A stretch of DNA of 57,416 nucleotides from an uncultured Luteitalea sp. (GTDB lineage Bacteria > Acidobacteriota > Vicinamibacteria > Vicinamibacterales > Vicinamibacteraceae): contig CAYRAE010000001.1 of the NCBI GenBank assembly GCA_964422175.1, positions 1 to 57,416 on the forward strand, read 5' to 3'. Of this stretch, positions 1-8,637 are shown piece after piece; position 1 is the stretch's first letter; every line of letters starts with the position of its first letter. The translations under genes and the position numbers were made by a program. Below the pieces are notes generated by a model. The model ran no database searches and had not been told where the DNA came from. It saw nothing but the letters and a program-made list of their open reading frames with translations.

Positions 1-43
1 GCGTGACGGCCGGCTTCACGATGCTCCTCACCGCCGTCGCCAT
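1..43 (-). CDS. possible 5' end of a gene running off the left edge
   Basis: ATG at 43-41 opens MATAVRSIVKPAVT...; an alternative GTG follows a GAGGAG. Too short to identify. Confidence 0.3.
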   Translation of the reverse strand, partial: MATAVRSIVKPAVT

Positions 44-239
44 CGCGGGGGGACTACTCGTGTCGAGTGTGCTGGTGCCCACACGGCCGACAAAGTCCAA
101 AGGGTAAGAGGGAAACGGACTCTTGGGCCTTTGACAAGTGTCAGCTGTGGGTGTCGATCCGTCCCCTCGGGGGGACGGGTCGACGGTACGGCTGACCACC
201 TCGGGGCACACTCGACTGCCGGATCGGGTCCGAAACGGG

Positions 240-255
240 TGGCACGGGCCTTGAA
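240..255 (+). promoter_or_regulatory. sigma54-like -24/-12 element
   Basis: TGGCACGGGCCTTGAA (GG-N10-GA variant). Confidence 0.45.
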
Positions 256-372
256 AAAGGGCACGTCGAGGCTGCGCCGGGTCAACGGGGTGCGAAACCG
301 TATAGGCAGGCGCTGGCATCGCCGCACTCCGTGATCGTTCGTGGGCGGCTCGCGTGCAGTCTCAGCAGGACC

Positions 373-428
373 GAAGAAGGGCCTCGCGGGTGCGCAGGGG
401 GCGCGCCCGTGGGGCCCTTCTTCTTTTC
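373..428 (+). terminator. rho-independent terminator-like hairpin
   Basis: gaagaagggcctcgcgggtgcgc / gcgcgcccgtggggcccttcttc followed by TTTT; the G-U pairs favour folding on the + strand. Confidence 0.65.
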
Positions 429-459
429 CCCTTCGCCGTAAGCCCTGAGCCGAAAACCC

Positions 460-777
460 TCAGTGCACCATCGTCCCGCTCGTCGCGATCGTTCCGACCG
501 GCGGGGTGATGGGAATCGCCAGGCCTTCGATGACGCTCTGCGACACGCGCACCAGCGTCGTGACCTGCGCCGCGTACGCCTGCACGGCGTGCGCGAGGTA
601 GGGGTCGTACTCGTAGCACCGCGCCATCGGCACGGTGTCCACGACGGTTTCCCTGATCTTGAGCGGCTCCGCCAGCTTCAGATGACCCTGCACGTCAGGT
701 TCACGCGACAACACCTCGATGGGCACCAGCACCGGTACCTCGTTGTCGTGTTTGACGTAGAACAGCACGGTATGCAC
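460..777 (-). CDS. hypothetical protein (~105 aa)
   Basis: AAGGAG upstream of GTG at 777; host-like codon usage (VHTVLFYVKHDNEVP...). Confidence 0.65.
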   Translation of the reverse strand: MHTVLFYVKHDNEVPVLVPIEVLSREPDVQGHLKLAEPLKIRETVVDTVPMARCYEYDPYLAHAVQAYAAQVTTLVRVSQSVIEGLAIPITPPVGTIATSGTMVH

Positions 778-884
778 GGACGGGCGTCTCCTTGATGCGC
801 CGCCCCGGCGTCGGCAACCGGACGAGTCCGGCCGCCACGCCCGAGCCTGGCAGGGAGGGAATCGGCGGCACAGGGGAAAGCTGA

Positions 885-997
885 AATGACGAATGACCAA
901 TGAGGAATGTGGGGGATGAATGCCGCGATGCCGCGATGCCGCGATGCCGGGATGCCGCGATGACGGGAATGCCGGCGATGGCGGGGATGGCGAATGC
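885..997. repeat. degenerate octamer tandem repeat (ATGCCGCG)n
   Basis: About 5 near-perfect copies at 920-959 plus degenerate flanks; intergenic. Confidence 0.85.
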
Positions 998-1094
998 TTG
1001 CCGCGCCGGAGCGCGCAGGCGCGACGGCGGGCCGGTTGCTCTGCAGCCCTGCCGGCGAGAAGCCGATTAAGATCCTCGGTACGGAGGTTCCCCC

Positions 1095-3356
1095 TTGACT
1101 GCAGTCTCCCATCGCGTCGGCATGACGCTCGGCGCGGCAGTGCTTGCCGCCACGCTCGCTGGCTGTTCCCGTTCGGCCCAGTCCTACATGGAACGCGGCG
1201 ATGCCGCCATGGAGAAGGGCGACGTCGCGGCGGCCGTTCTCGAGTACAGGAACGCCGTCCAGAAAGACGGCCTGCTCGGGCCCGCGCGGCTGAAGCTCGC
1301 CGAGGCCTACGTGAAGCAGGGCAACGGCGCCGGCGCGCTGGCCGAGTACGTGCGCGCGGCCGATCTGCTCCCCAACGACGTCGACACCCAGGTCAAGGCC
1401 GCGACGCTCCTCGGCCTCGCGCGGCGATTCGAGGATGCCCGGGCCCGTGCCGACAAGGCGCTCGCGATCGACCCGAAGAACGTGGACGCGCTGGTCGTGC
1501 GCGCCAACGCGCTCGCGAGCCTGACCGACCTCGATGGCGCCCTGAAGGAGATGCAGGAGGCGCTGAGCATCGACCCGCGCGCCAGCATCGAGACCAACCT
1601 CGGCGCGATCCAGGCCGCGAAGGGCGACCTGAAGGGTGCCGAAGCCTCGTTCCGTGGCGCCGTGGAGACCGATCCGAAGTCGGTGGCCGCGCAGGTGGCG
1701 CTCGGTCAGTTCCTGTGGAGCAGCGGCCGTGCCGCCGACGCCGAGGGCGCGTTCAAGGCGGCCCTCGCGATCGACGGCGAGCACCTGCTCGCGCATCGCG
1801 CGCTGGCCGTGTTCTACCTCCAGTCCAACCGCGCGCCCGAGGCCGAAACGCACCTCAAGAAGGTGGCCGAGATCATGAAGACGCCGGCTGCCACGCTGGG
1901 GCTGGTGGACTACTACCTCGGCACGCGCCGGCCCGACGATGCCAAGGCCGTGCTCGCGGAGATGAGCAAGGACGAGCGCTACTGGGCGCTGGCGCAGGCG
2001 CGGCTCGCCGACGTGCTGTTTGCGGAAGGCAATCGCGACGAGGCCTTGAGGACGATCGGCGAGGTCGTGGCGAAGGCCCCGACGCTTGGCGCCGCGCGCG
2101 TGGTGCGAGGGCGGCTCCTGCTGGCGGGCGGCAAGCCCGACGAGGCGCTCACCGATGCGCAGGCGGCGGTGGCGCAGGACGGCACGGCCATCGACGCGCA
2201 GTTCCTGCTCGGCTCGGTGCAGGAAGCGCGCCGCGACCTCGACGCCGCCGCGGCGGCGTACAACGAGGTGCTCAAGCTGAATCCGCGCGCGGCCGGCGCG
2301 CAGGTGCGGCTCGCGATGGTGGAGATGCAGCGCAACGCGCTGCCGGCCGCCACGCAGCTGGCCGAACAGGTCGTGCAGGCGCAGCCCGGCAACGTGACGG
2401 CGCAGCTCGTGCTCGCGCGGTCGCTGCTCGGGCGGGGCGATCTGGAGCGTTCGTCGACGGTCACGCAGGGGCTGCTGAAGGAGTTCCCCAACGTGGCGCA
2501 GGTCCACAACCAGGCGGGGCTGGTGGCGCTGGCGAAGAAGGACAGGGCAGGGGCCCGCGTGGCGTTCGATCGCGCCCTCACGCTCAACCCGGGACTGATG
2601 GAGCCGTTGATGTCGCTGGTGTCGATGGACATCCAGGACGGCAAGGGTCCGGCCGCGCGTGAGCGCGTGCAGGCGCGGCTCGACAAGGGCACGCCGACGA
2701 GCAGCCTGCTCGCACTGGCGGGCACGACGTGGGCGGCCACGGGCGACCTCGCGGGTGCCGAGTCGTTCCTCAAGCGGGCCATCGAGACGGACTCGTCGAA
2801 TTTCGAGGCCTACAGCGCGCTCGCGCGCGTCTACATGGCGCAGCAGAAGCCCGACGCGGCGGTGGCCGAGTTCGACAGGGTCATCGCGAAGCAGCCCAAC
2901 GCCGTCGGTGCCCGGACGATGGCGGCGTTGATTCTGCAGGGACAGGGCAAGGAGGCCGAGGCGCAGCAGCGGTACGAGCGTCTGGTCGAGGCCAACCCGC
3001 GCGCTGCCGTGGCGGCCAACAACCTGGCGTGGATGTACGCCAGCCGTGGCGAGAATCTCGACAAGGCGCTCGCCCTCGCGCAGGCCGCCAAGGCGGAGCT
3101 CCCGGACCATCCGGAGATCAACGACACGCTGGGGTTCGTGTACCTGAAGAAGGAGCTGCCGTCGCTCGCCATCCCGCCGCTGCGTCTGGCGATCGAGAAG
3201 CAGCCGGCGACGCCGGGCTTCCATTTCCGGCTGGGTCAGGCCCTCGCGCAAACGGGCGACAAGGCCGGCGCGAAGCAGGCCCTCACCGAAGCCCTGCGCC
3301 TGAAGCCCGACTTCGACGGCGCCGCGGAAGCCCGCAAGCTGCTCGAAAGTCTGTAG
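1095..3356 (+). CDS. prsT: PrsT-like TPR-repeat lipoprotein of exosortase systems
   Basis: GGAGG then TTG start; lipobox LAGC; many TPRs; C-terminal AANNLAW...INDTLG motif; adjacent to exosortase/PrsR/PrsK. Confidence 0.85.
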   Translation: MTAVSHRVGMTLGAAVLAATLAGCSRSAQSYMERGDAAMEKGDVAAAVLEYRNAVQKDGLLGPARLKLAEAYVKQGNGAGALAEYVRAADLLPNDVDTQVKAATLLGLARRFEDARARADKALAIDPKNVDALVVRANALASLTDLDGALKEMQEALSIDPRASIETNLGAIQAAKGDLKGAEASFRGAVETDPKSVAAQVALGQFLWSSGRAADAEGAFKAALAIDGEHLLAHRALAVFYLQSNRAPEAETHLKKVAEIMKTPAATLGLVDYYLGTRRPDDAKAVLAEMSKDERYWALAQARLADVLFAEGNRDEALRTIGEVVAKAPTLGAARVVRGRLLLAGGKPDEALTDAQAAVAQDGTAIDAQFLLGSVQEARRDLDAAAAAYNEVLKLNPRAAGAQVRLAMVEMQRNALPAATQLAEQVVQAQPGNVTAQLVLARSLLGRGDLERSSTVTQGLLKEFPNVAQVHNQAGLVALAKKDRAGARVAFDRALTLNPGLMEPLMSLVSMDIQDGKGPAARERVQARLDKGTPTSSLLALAGTTWAATGDLAGAESFLKRAIETDSSNFEAYSALARVYMAQQKPDAAVAEFDRVIAKQPNAVGARTMAALILQGQGKEAEAQQRYERLVEANPRAAVAANNLAWMYASRGENLDKALALAQAAKAELPDHPEINDTLGFVYLKKELPSLAIPPLRLAIEKQPATPGFHFRLGQALAQTGDKAGAKQALTEALRLKPDFDGAAEARKLLESL

Positions 3357-3400
3357 GCATGGGGCGACCGCCGGCGATTCCCGGCGCAGGCGCATCCTGA

Positions 3401-3438
3401 AACACGAAGGGCCGGACTGGTGTCCGGCCCTTCGTGTT
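3401..3438. terminator. bidirectional terminator between convergent genes
   Basis: Perfect 17-bp inverted repeat aacacgaagggccggac-tggt-gtccggcccttcgtgtt. Confidence 0.85.
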
Positions 3439-3458
3439 GTTCGGTCCGACGCGGCGCG

Positions 3459-4265
3459 TCAGTGCAGGAAGCGGCGGCGAGCGGCGCCGAGGGCCAGCAT
3501 GGCACCGCCGAACAGCGCGAGCGTGGCACCACCGTCAGGCGTCTTGACCGGCGGGTCTACCGGCGGCTCCACCGGGGGCTTGCCCGCGTAGTACAGGAAG
3601 TCCTGGGCCGTCTTGGTCTTCGCCTTCTTCCCGGTCCCTTCCACATAGGTGTTGTTCAGCACGTAGACGTCGAAGAGCCCCACGTCAGCGGTCTTCTCGG
3701 CCTTGGACTTGCTGCCGAAGTGCTGCACGGCCAGGTTGTAGTAGAAGTTCGACGTCTTGTCCTTGTTGCCGTCCTCGCCTTCGAGCCACCAGATGGCCTG
3801 CTGGAGGAGTTGCGCCTCGGTTGCGCGGTTCGAACCGGCGTCGAAGTAGCGGTCCAGGTCACCCGTGGCGAACAGGCTGTACAGCAAGGCCGTGCCCTGC
3901 GAGATGGGATCCTTGCCATTCCTGGCTTCGTTCCCACCCGGCTTGGCGGCCGACCCGATCTCGAAGTTCGTCTTGGCGACGGCGGCCTCGGTCGACTCCA
4001 GGCAGAACGTCTGGAAGCTCGGGTCGAACTTGCCGATGTCGCTGGTCTTGTCGGAGTAGCCCGAGTTGTCGAGGGCACCGTTGTAGCCGTAGACGGTGAA
4101 CTCGCCGCCGGCGCCCTTGTAGTAGCCGTTCTGGCGTGTGACCTGGATGGTGCCTTTGTCGCCGATCGGGCCGGCGAGGGCGGGCGTGGCCGAGGCGGCC
4201 GTGAACACGGCAGCGGCGGCAAGGCTCAGGCGAGCGGTACGGGTGAACGCGTGCGCGATGGACAT
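3459..4265 (-). CDS. VPDSG-CTERM-type surface protein 1, putative thioester domain
   Basis: Signal peptide; C-terminal TPDGGATLALFGGAMLALGAARRR; motifs TFCLE, LQQAIWWLE, AQDFL. Confidence 0.9.
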   Translation of the reverse strand: MSIAHAFTRTARLSLAAAAVFTAASATPALAGPIGDKGTIQVTRQNGYYKGAGGEFTVYGYNGALDNSGYSDKTSDIGKFDPSFQTFCLESTEAAVAKTNFEIGSAAKPGGNEARNGKDPISQGTALLYSLFATGDLDRYFDAGSNRATEAQLLQQAIWWLEGEDGNKDKTSNFYYNLAVQHFGSKSKAEKTADVGLFDVYVLNNTYVEGTGKKAKTKTAQDFLYYAGKPPVEPPVDPPVKTPDGGATLALFGGAMLALGAARRRFLH

Positions 4266-4295
4266 GAGGTTCTGCAATCTCCTGACTCATCCATA

Positions 4296-4312
4296 AGCGC
4301 GTGTCGTGCCAA
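4296..4312 (-). promoter_or_regulatory. sigma54 promoter
   Basis: TTGGCACGACACGCGCT (GG-N10-GC). Confidence 0.75.
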
Positions 4313-4350
4313 CGACACCTGTCACGATACCGACACGCTCTGATCGCCCG

Positions 4351-4363
4351 CAAGTGATTGATA
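4351..4363 (-). promoter_or_regulatory. IHF-like site between enhancer and sigma54 promoter
   Basis: TATCAATCACTTG matches WATCAANNNNTTR. Confidence 0.6.
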
Positions 4364-4431
4364 GCGAAGGGCCGACAGCCGGTCACCGCGGAGGCACTAA
4401 TGAAGAGCTGGAATGGCTGTCAGAGTGAAAC

Positions 4432-4448
4432 CGTAAGCTCTGCCGACG
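4432..4448. promoter_or_regulatory. putative PrsR enhancer
   Basis: CGTAAGCTCTGCCGACG; the same motif recurs upstream of four other CTERM genes. Confidence 0.7.
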
Positions 4449-4475
4449 CGGCAAGCGTCGGCAACAGCGGAAAAG

Positions 4476-4509
4476 CCAAAGGGCCGACACTCACGTGTCG
4501 GCCCTTTGG
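4476..4509 (-). terminator. terminator hairpin
   Basis: ccaaagggccgacac-tcac-gtgtcggccctttgg with a minus-strand U-tract. Confidence 0.8.
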
Positions 4510-4636
4510 GGTCCTGCTGACGAGAGCGGCCGAGTGGCCGACCCCGTTAGTTCGTGAAGCGGCGACGGGCGGCGCCGAGCGCCATCAGGGCACCACCGAG
4601 CAGCGCGAGCGTCGCGCCACCGTCGGGCGTCGTGAC
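4478..4636. repeat. direct repeat copy 1 (sorting signal plus terminator)
   Basis: Near-identical to 5437-5596. Confidence 0.85.
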
Positions 4637-5176
4637 CACCCCGACGTTCGTGAACACGAACTGGTGGTCGTTGTAGTCATAGTCGGAACCAGTGATTGGC
4701 TGGATGTCTTCGAACCCGATGTAAGTGCCGTCGGGAATGGCGAAGTCCGCCGTGTAGGCCGAGGAGTAGATGTGCTGGGAGCCCCCCGGATTGTTGAGCG
4801 GATTGGAGGACAGCGTGTAGGCAAGGGGCGGCGGGCCGGCCGGGTCGAAACTGACACCGAGCCTGAACTCCAACGTCTGACCCGCCGTCACGGAGCCGAG
4901 CACCAGTGCAGTGCCTGGTGCAGTGTCGTGGTTCTGGAGTCCCGAGCCCTTGAACACCCCATCTGCCCAGAGCTCGATGATACTTCCGTAGCCGGCTGAC
5001 TGCCCGTAGAAGTACGCCACGATGTCACCAGTTGCCGCAGCGGTGAACGAATAGGTGGCGTCGTTCTCATCACCCACACCTGCGTACGGGATGTAGTCTG
5101 CGGCGGCTGTCGTCGGGAGCGCCAGCGATCCGAGTGCGGCCACGGCGAAAGCCGCGATCATCTTCTTCATCTTCAT
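4547..5176 (-). CDS. VPDSG-CTERM-type surface protein 2, DUF4114-like C-terminal motif
   Basis: GAGGAG RBS; signal peptide MKMKKMIAAF...; IGFED...SDYDYNDHQF; TPDGGATLALLGG..RRR. Confidence 0.9.
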   Translation of the reverse strand: MKMKKMIAAFAVAALGSLALPTTAAADYIPYAGVGDENDATYSFTAAATGDIVAYFYGQSAGYGSIIELWADGVFKGSGLQNHDTAPGTALVLGSVTAGQTLEFRLGVSFDPAGPPPLAYTLSSNPLNNPGGSQHIYSSAYTADFAIPDGTYIGFEDIQPITGSDYDYNDHQFVFTNVGVVTTPDGGATLALLGGALMALGAARRRFTN

Positions 5177-5242
5177 CTGCCTCTCCTCAATCCTTCGTGA
5201 ACCGTCGCTCGACCTGAGCCGAGCCTGATATTTGACTGTAGC

Positions 5243-5259
5243 TGCAACTCTTGCGCCAG
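5243..5259 (-). promoter_or_regulatory. sigma54 promoter
   Basis: CTGGCGCAAGAGTTGCA. Confidence 0.8.
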
Positions 5260-5353
5260 CTCTCAACAATTGTCGAGATGCCACGCAAATGCTTCGATTC
5301 AAAGGACATCCTGCTGTATTCCAGACTCGCATGTAGTGCTCGGCCCATCCGAC

Positions 5354-5370
5354 TGTAAACGCCACCGACG
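5354..5370. promoter_or_regulatory. putative PrsR enhancer
   Basis: TGTAAACGCCACCGACG. Confidence 0.65.
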
Positions 5371-5436
5371 TTGGGCTCGGGGGAACCGAGGCGGCTGAGA
5401 GCAAGCCTGGCCACCCCGTAGGGCGGCACATGCGAC

Positions 5437-5596
5437 AAAGGGCCGACACGCGAGTGTCGGCCCCTTTCGGTCCTGCTGACGGAAGCGGCCGGGTGGCCGC
5501 CGACCGTTAGTTCGTGAAACGACGACGGGCGGCGCCGAGCGCCATCAGGGCACCACCGAGCAGCGCGAGCGTCGCGCCACCGTCGGGCGTCGTGAC
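5437..5596. repeat. direct repeat copy 2 (sorting signal plus terminator hairpin at 5437-5467)
   Basis: Near-identical to 4478-4636. Confidence 0.85.
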
Positions 5597-6205
5597 AGGG
5601 GGCGCCTGGTAGTAGAGGAAGTCCTGCGCTACCCCACCGTTGGCGTTCGTATTGTTCAGCACGTAGACGCCCAGGTAGCCCACCGTTGCGTCAGCCGTAC
5701 CGCCGTTGAGCAAGGCCTGGTCATAGTACCAATTTCCCGTTGGCGCGGGGTGGCCCGCCTCGTGCTCGAGTGCCCAGATCGCTTCCTGGAGAAGCGCCAC
5801 ATGTGCCGCGCGATTCGCGTAGTAGCTGTTCCCCAAAGCGCCTGTGGCGAACTGGCTGTACAGCCACGCCGTACCCATCGAAACAGGATCGGCACCCTGG
5901 GTGGTTGCGCTTGCGACAACGTAGTTGCTCGGGCTGGCCGCGTTCTCCCCGACCTCGAGGCAGAAGGTCTGGAACGTGCCGTCGCCACCGACGTTCTTGG
6001 CGGCGGCGTCGTACGACGCGTTGCTGATCGGCCCGGACGTGACGGTGATCGTGAACTCACCGCCCGTGCCGGCGTAATAGCCGGTGTGCCGGGCGTATGT
6101 GAACGTGCCGGTCGCACCAATGATGTCAGCGCTGGCGGGTGCGGCGGTGAGCGCCACGGCGGCGACAGCCGCGAGCGCTGCATTTGCGAAGGTGAACATC
6201 TTCAT
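5507..6205 (-). CDS. VPDSG-CTERM-type surface protein 3, putative thioester domain (paralog of protein 1)
   Basis: AGGAG RBS; signal peptide; GGEFT, FQTFCLE, LQEAIWALE, AQDFLYY; TPDGG sorting signal. Confidence 0.9.
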   Translation of the reverse strand: MKMFTFANAALAAVAAVALTAAPASADIIGATGTFTYARHTGYYAGTGGEFTITVTSGPISNASYDAAAKNVGGDGTFQTFCLEVGENAASPSNYVVASATTQGADPVSMGTAWLYSQFATGALGNSYYANRAAHVALLQEAIWALEHEAGHPAPTGNWYYDQALLNGGTADATVGYLGVYVLNNTNANGGVAQDFLYYQAPPVTTPDGGATLALLGGALMALGAARRRFTN

Positions 6206-6258
6206 CGTTGCGAAAATCTCCTGGCAAGCATCAGGCTTGCGTCGTATCGATGAGATGT

Positions 6259-6274
6259 AGCAAAAGACCTGCCG
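6259..6274 (-). promoter_or_regulatory. sigma54 promoter
   Basis: CGGCAGGTCTTTTGCT. Confidence 0.7.
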
Positions 6275-6370
6275 CTCGGGACGAAAGCCGGAGTTCGCCA
6301 GCAACTCACTGCCAATACGAGACTTCCGTCGCTCCGACAACGCAGGGTACTGGGGACAGGCAGCAGAAAC

Positions 6371-6387
6371 CGTAAAGCCTTCCGACG
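6371..6387. promoter_or_regulatory. putative PrsR enhancer
   Basis: CGTAAAGCCTTCCGACG. Confidence 0.7.
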
Positions 6388-6433
6388 AAACGTCTTCGCC
6401 GCGGGTAGAATTCGGCGGCGGCGAGGCCGGCCC

Positions 6434-7255
6434 CTACGACGGTCGGCGGTCGCCGCGCTGCAGCCACCACAGCATCCCCAGGAACGGGATGAGCGACAGC
6501 GCGAAGAAGATCGGGCCGCCCTGGTGATGGATGGCCGTGTCGATCATGTGCGGGCCGATGTGGACGCACAGCATCCCCAGCACGAACACCCGGAAGCCGT
6601 TGCGCAGGATGCCCAGCGGGATCACGAACAGCACCAGCACCAGGCGCCGCCACGGACTCGTCAGGAACATGTTCGACGCGACGAGGCTCGTGATGAACAG
6701 CATCCAGCTCGATCTGATGCCGCTGCACTCGCGCGCCACCTGCAGCGTGATCGTCGGCAGCTCGAACAGCGTCCCCTCCCGCACGAGCGGCGTGCCCGCC
6801 AGCGCGAAATACATGGCCGCCGCTTCCGACGAGGCCACCATCGACGCGCGCTCCAGCACGTCGACGATCGCGTCGGGGAGCGGCATGAGGAGGAACAGGA
6901 ACGCGACGGGGAACGTCGCCGCCTTCATCCAGGCCGCGCCGAAGAAATGGAAGCCGCCAGCCGCCAGCAGACACACGTACGCGCACGCATACGCCGCGAG
7001 CATGTCGTTGTGGCTGAGCGTGGCGCGCCACGCGACGGCCAGCGCCAGCACGCCGATCGAGGCCGACACCCCCGCCAGTCCCGCCGCCGACGGCCCGCGC
7101 GGCGGCAGCGTCCCCTGCCTGTCGTGCAGCAGGAACGCCGAGACGAACGGCACGAGCAGGATGTGCGAGTGCAGGTCGTAGGTCCACGCGTGCACGGCGA
7201 GGCGCGACAGCGGCACCACGAACGCCAGCGTCAACAGGATGGCGTACGGAATCAC
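6434..7255 (-). CDS. xrtC: exosortase, XrtC (VPDSG-CTERM-specific)-like
   Basis: Polytopic membrane protein; catalytic triad motifs VARECSGIRS, RNGFRV, IHHQGG; GTG overlaps the prsR stop. Confidence 0.85.
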   Translation of the reverse strand: MIPYAILLTLAFVVPLSRLAVHAWTYDLHSHILLVPFVSAFLLHDRQGTLPPRGPSAAGLAGVSASIGVLALAVAWRATLSHNDMLAAYACAYVCLLAAGGFHFFGAAWMKAATFPVAFLFLLMPLPDAIVDVLERASMVASSEAAAMYFALAGTPLVREGTLFELPTITLQVARECSGIRSSWMLFITSLVASNMFLTSPWRRLVLVLFVIPLGILRNGFRVFVLGMLCVHIGPHMIDTAIHHQGGPIFFALSLIPFLGMLWWLQRGDRRPS

Positions 7256-8637
7256 GCGGGCCGCTCCTCTCCGTCGACCCGCCCCTCGGCACCGCGCGGG
7301 ATCGCGAGCTTGTCCATCAGTTCGTAGAACGTGGGCCGGCTGATCCCGAGCTCCAGCGCCGCGGGCGTGATCTTGCCGTTGTTGCGGCGCAGCGCCTCCT
7401 GCACGAGCTCGCGTTCCACGCGCTCGCGCGCTTCGCGCAGCGTGGGGAACGCCGCGCCACCCTCGCCCAGCTCGAGGTCGCGTGCCGTGACGCGCTTGCC
7501 GTCGGCCATGATGACGGCGCGCTGCACGCGGTTCTGGAGTTCGCGCACGTTGCCCGACCACGCGTGCTCGTGCAGCGCGCGAATCGCATCGGCCGAGAAC
7601 GTGAGCCCCGATCGCGTGTGCTGCGCACCGAAGCGACGCAGGAACTCCCTCGCGATCACCGCCACATCGTCACCACGCTCGCGTAGCGCGGGCAGGCGCA
7701 CCACGAGCACCGCCAGCCTGAAGTAGAGGTCCTCGCGGAAGCGGCCCGCCGCGACGGACTCCTGCAGGTTCACGTTGGTGGCCGCCACCACGCGCGCGTC
7801 GCTCTGGATCTCCGTGCGGCCGCCCACGCGCTGGAACGTCTTCTCCTGGAGGAACCGCAGCAGCTTCACCTGGAGCGGCATCGACAGCTCACCGATCTCG
7901 TCGAGGAACAGCGTGCCGCCGTTGGCCGTCTCCACGAGGCCCTTGCGCATCGCGTGCGCGCCAGTGAACGCGCCACGCTCGTGCCCGAAGAGCTCGCTCT
8001 CGAGCAGCGCTTCGGGGATCGCGCCGCAGTTGATGGCGACAAACGGCGCGTCCTTCGGCCGGCTGCGCCGATGCAGTGCTCGGGCAACCATTTCCTTACC
8101 GGTCCCGTTCTCGCCGAGAATCAGCACCGGGGCGCTCGTGGTGGCCACCTTGCGCACGAAGGCGAACACGGCCTGCATCGGCGCGCTCGTGCCGAGCATG
8201 TCCTCGAACGTCTCGGCCCGCGCCTCGTCCTGGAGCGTGCGGTGCTCACGCTCCAGCTGCGCCACGTACACGCCGCGCGCGAGCACGCGAGACAGATCGT
8301 CGGTGTCCACGGGCTTGGTGAGGAAGTCCCACGCACCGGCGCCGACGGCGCGCAGCGCGTTCTCCTTCTCGCCCTGCCCCGACACGATGACGACCTTCGC
8401 CTGACGATCGAGCACGAGGATGCCAGACAGCGTGGCGAGCCCCTCGTCGGGACTGTTCGGCGAGGGCGGCAGCCCGAGATCGAGCAGCGTGACCAGCGGA
8501 CGCGCGGCGCCGAAGGCGGCCATCGCCGACGCGCGATCGCCGGCCATGGCGACCTCGTAGTCGGCCGCCAGCGCCCACTTCATCTGCGTCCTGATGTCCT
8601 CGTCATCGTCGACGACGAGGATGGGGGGCTTGCTCAC
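7252..8637 (-). CDS. prsR: sigma54-dependent response regulator PrsR
   Basis: REC domain (ILVVDDD, LLDLGLPP), AAA+ GENGTGKE, GAFTGA, Fis-type HTH. Confidence 0.9.
   Translation of the reverse strand: MSKPPILVVDDDEDIRTQMKWALAADYEVAMAGDRASAMAAFGAARPLVTLLDLGLPPSPNSPDEGLATLSGILVLDRQAKVVIVSGQGEKENALRAVGAGAWDFLTKPVDTDDLSRVLARGVYVAQLEREHRTLQDEARAETFEDMLGTSAPMQAVFAFVRKVATTSAPVLILGENGTGKEMVARALHRRSRPKDAPFVAINCGAIPEALLESELFGHERGAFTGAHAMRKGLVETANGGTLFLDEIGELSMPLQVKLLRFLQEKTFQRVGGRTEIQSDARVVAATNVNLQESVAAGRFREDLYFRLAVLVVRLPALRERGDDVAVIAREFLRRFGAQHTRSGLTFSADAIRALHEHAWSGNVRELQNRVQRAVIMADGKRVTARDLELGEGGAAFPTLREARERVERELVQEALRRNNGKITPAALELGISRPTFYELMDKLAIPRGAEGRVDGEERPA

Noticed and set aside
678..3395. 905-aa minus-strand ORF, and similar long antisense ORFs (8643-10823, 21311-23011, 36247-37986, 45484-47220)
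   Set aside because: Shadow frames of GC-rich genes; Arg/Ala-rich with no motifs, while the opposite strand has clear family motifs
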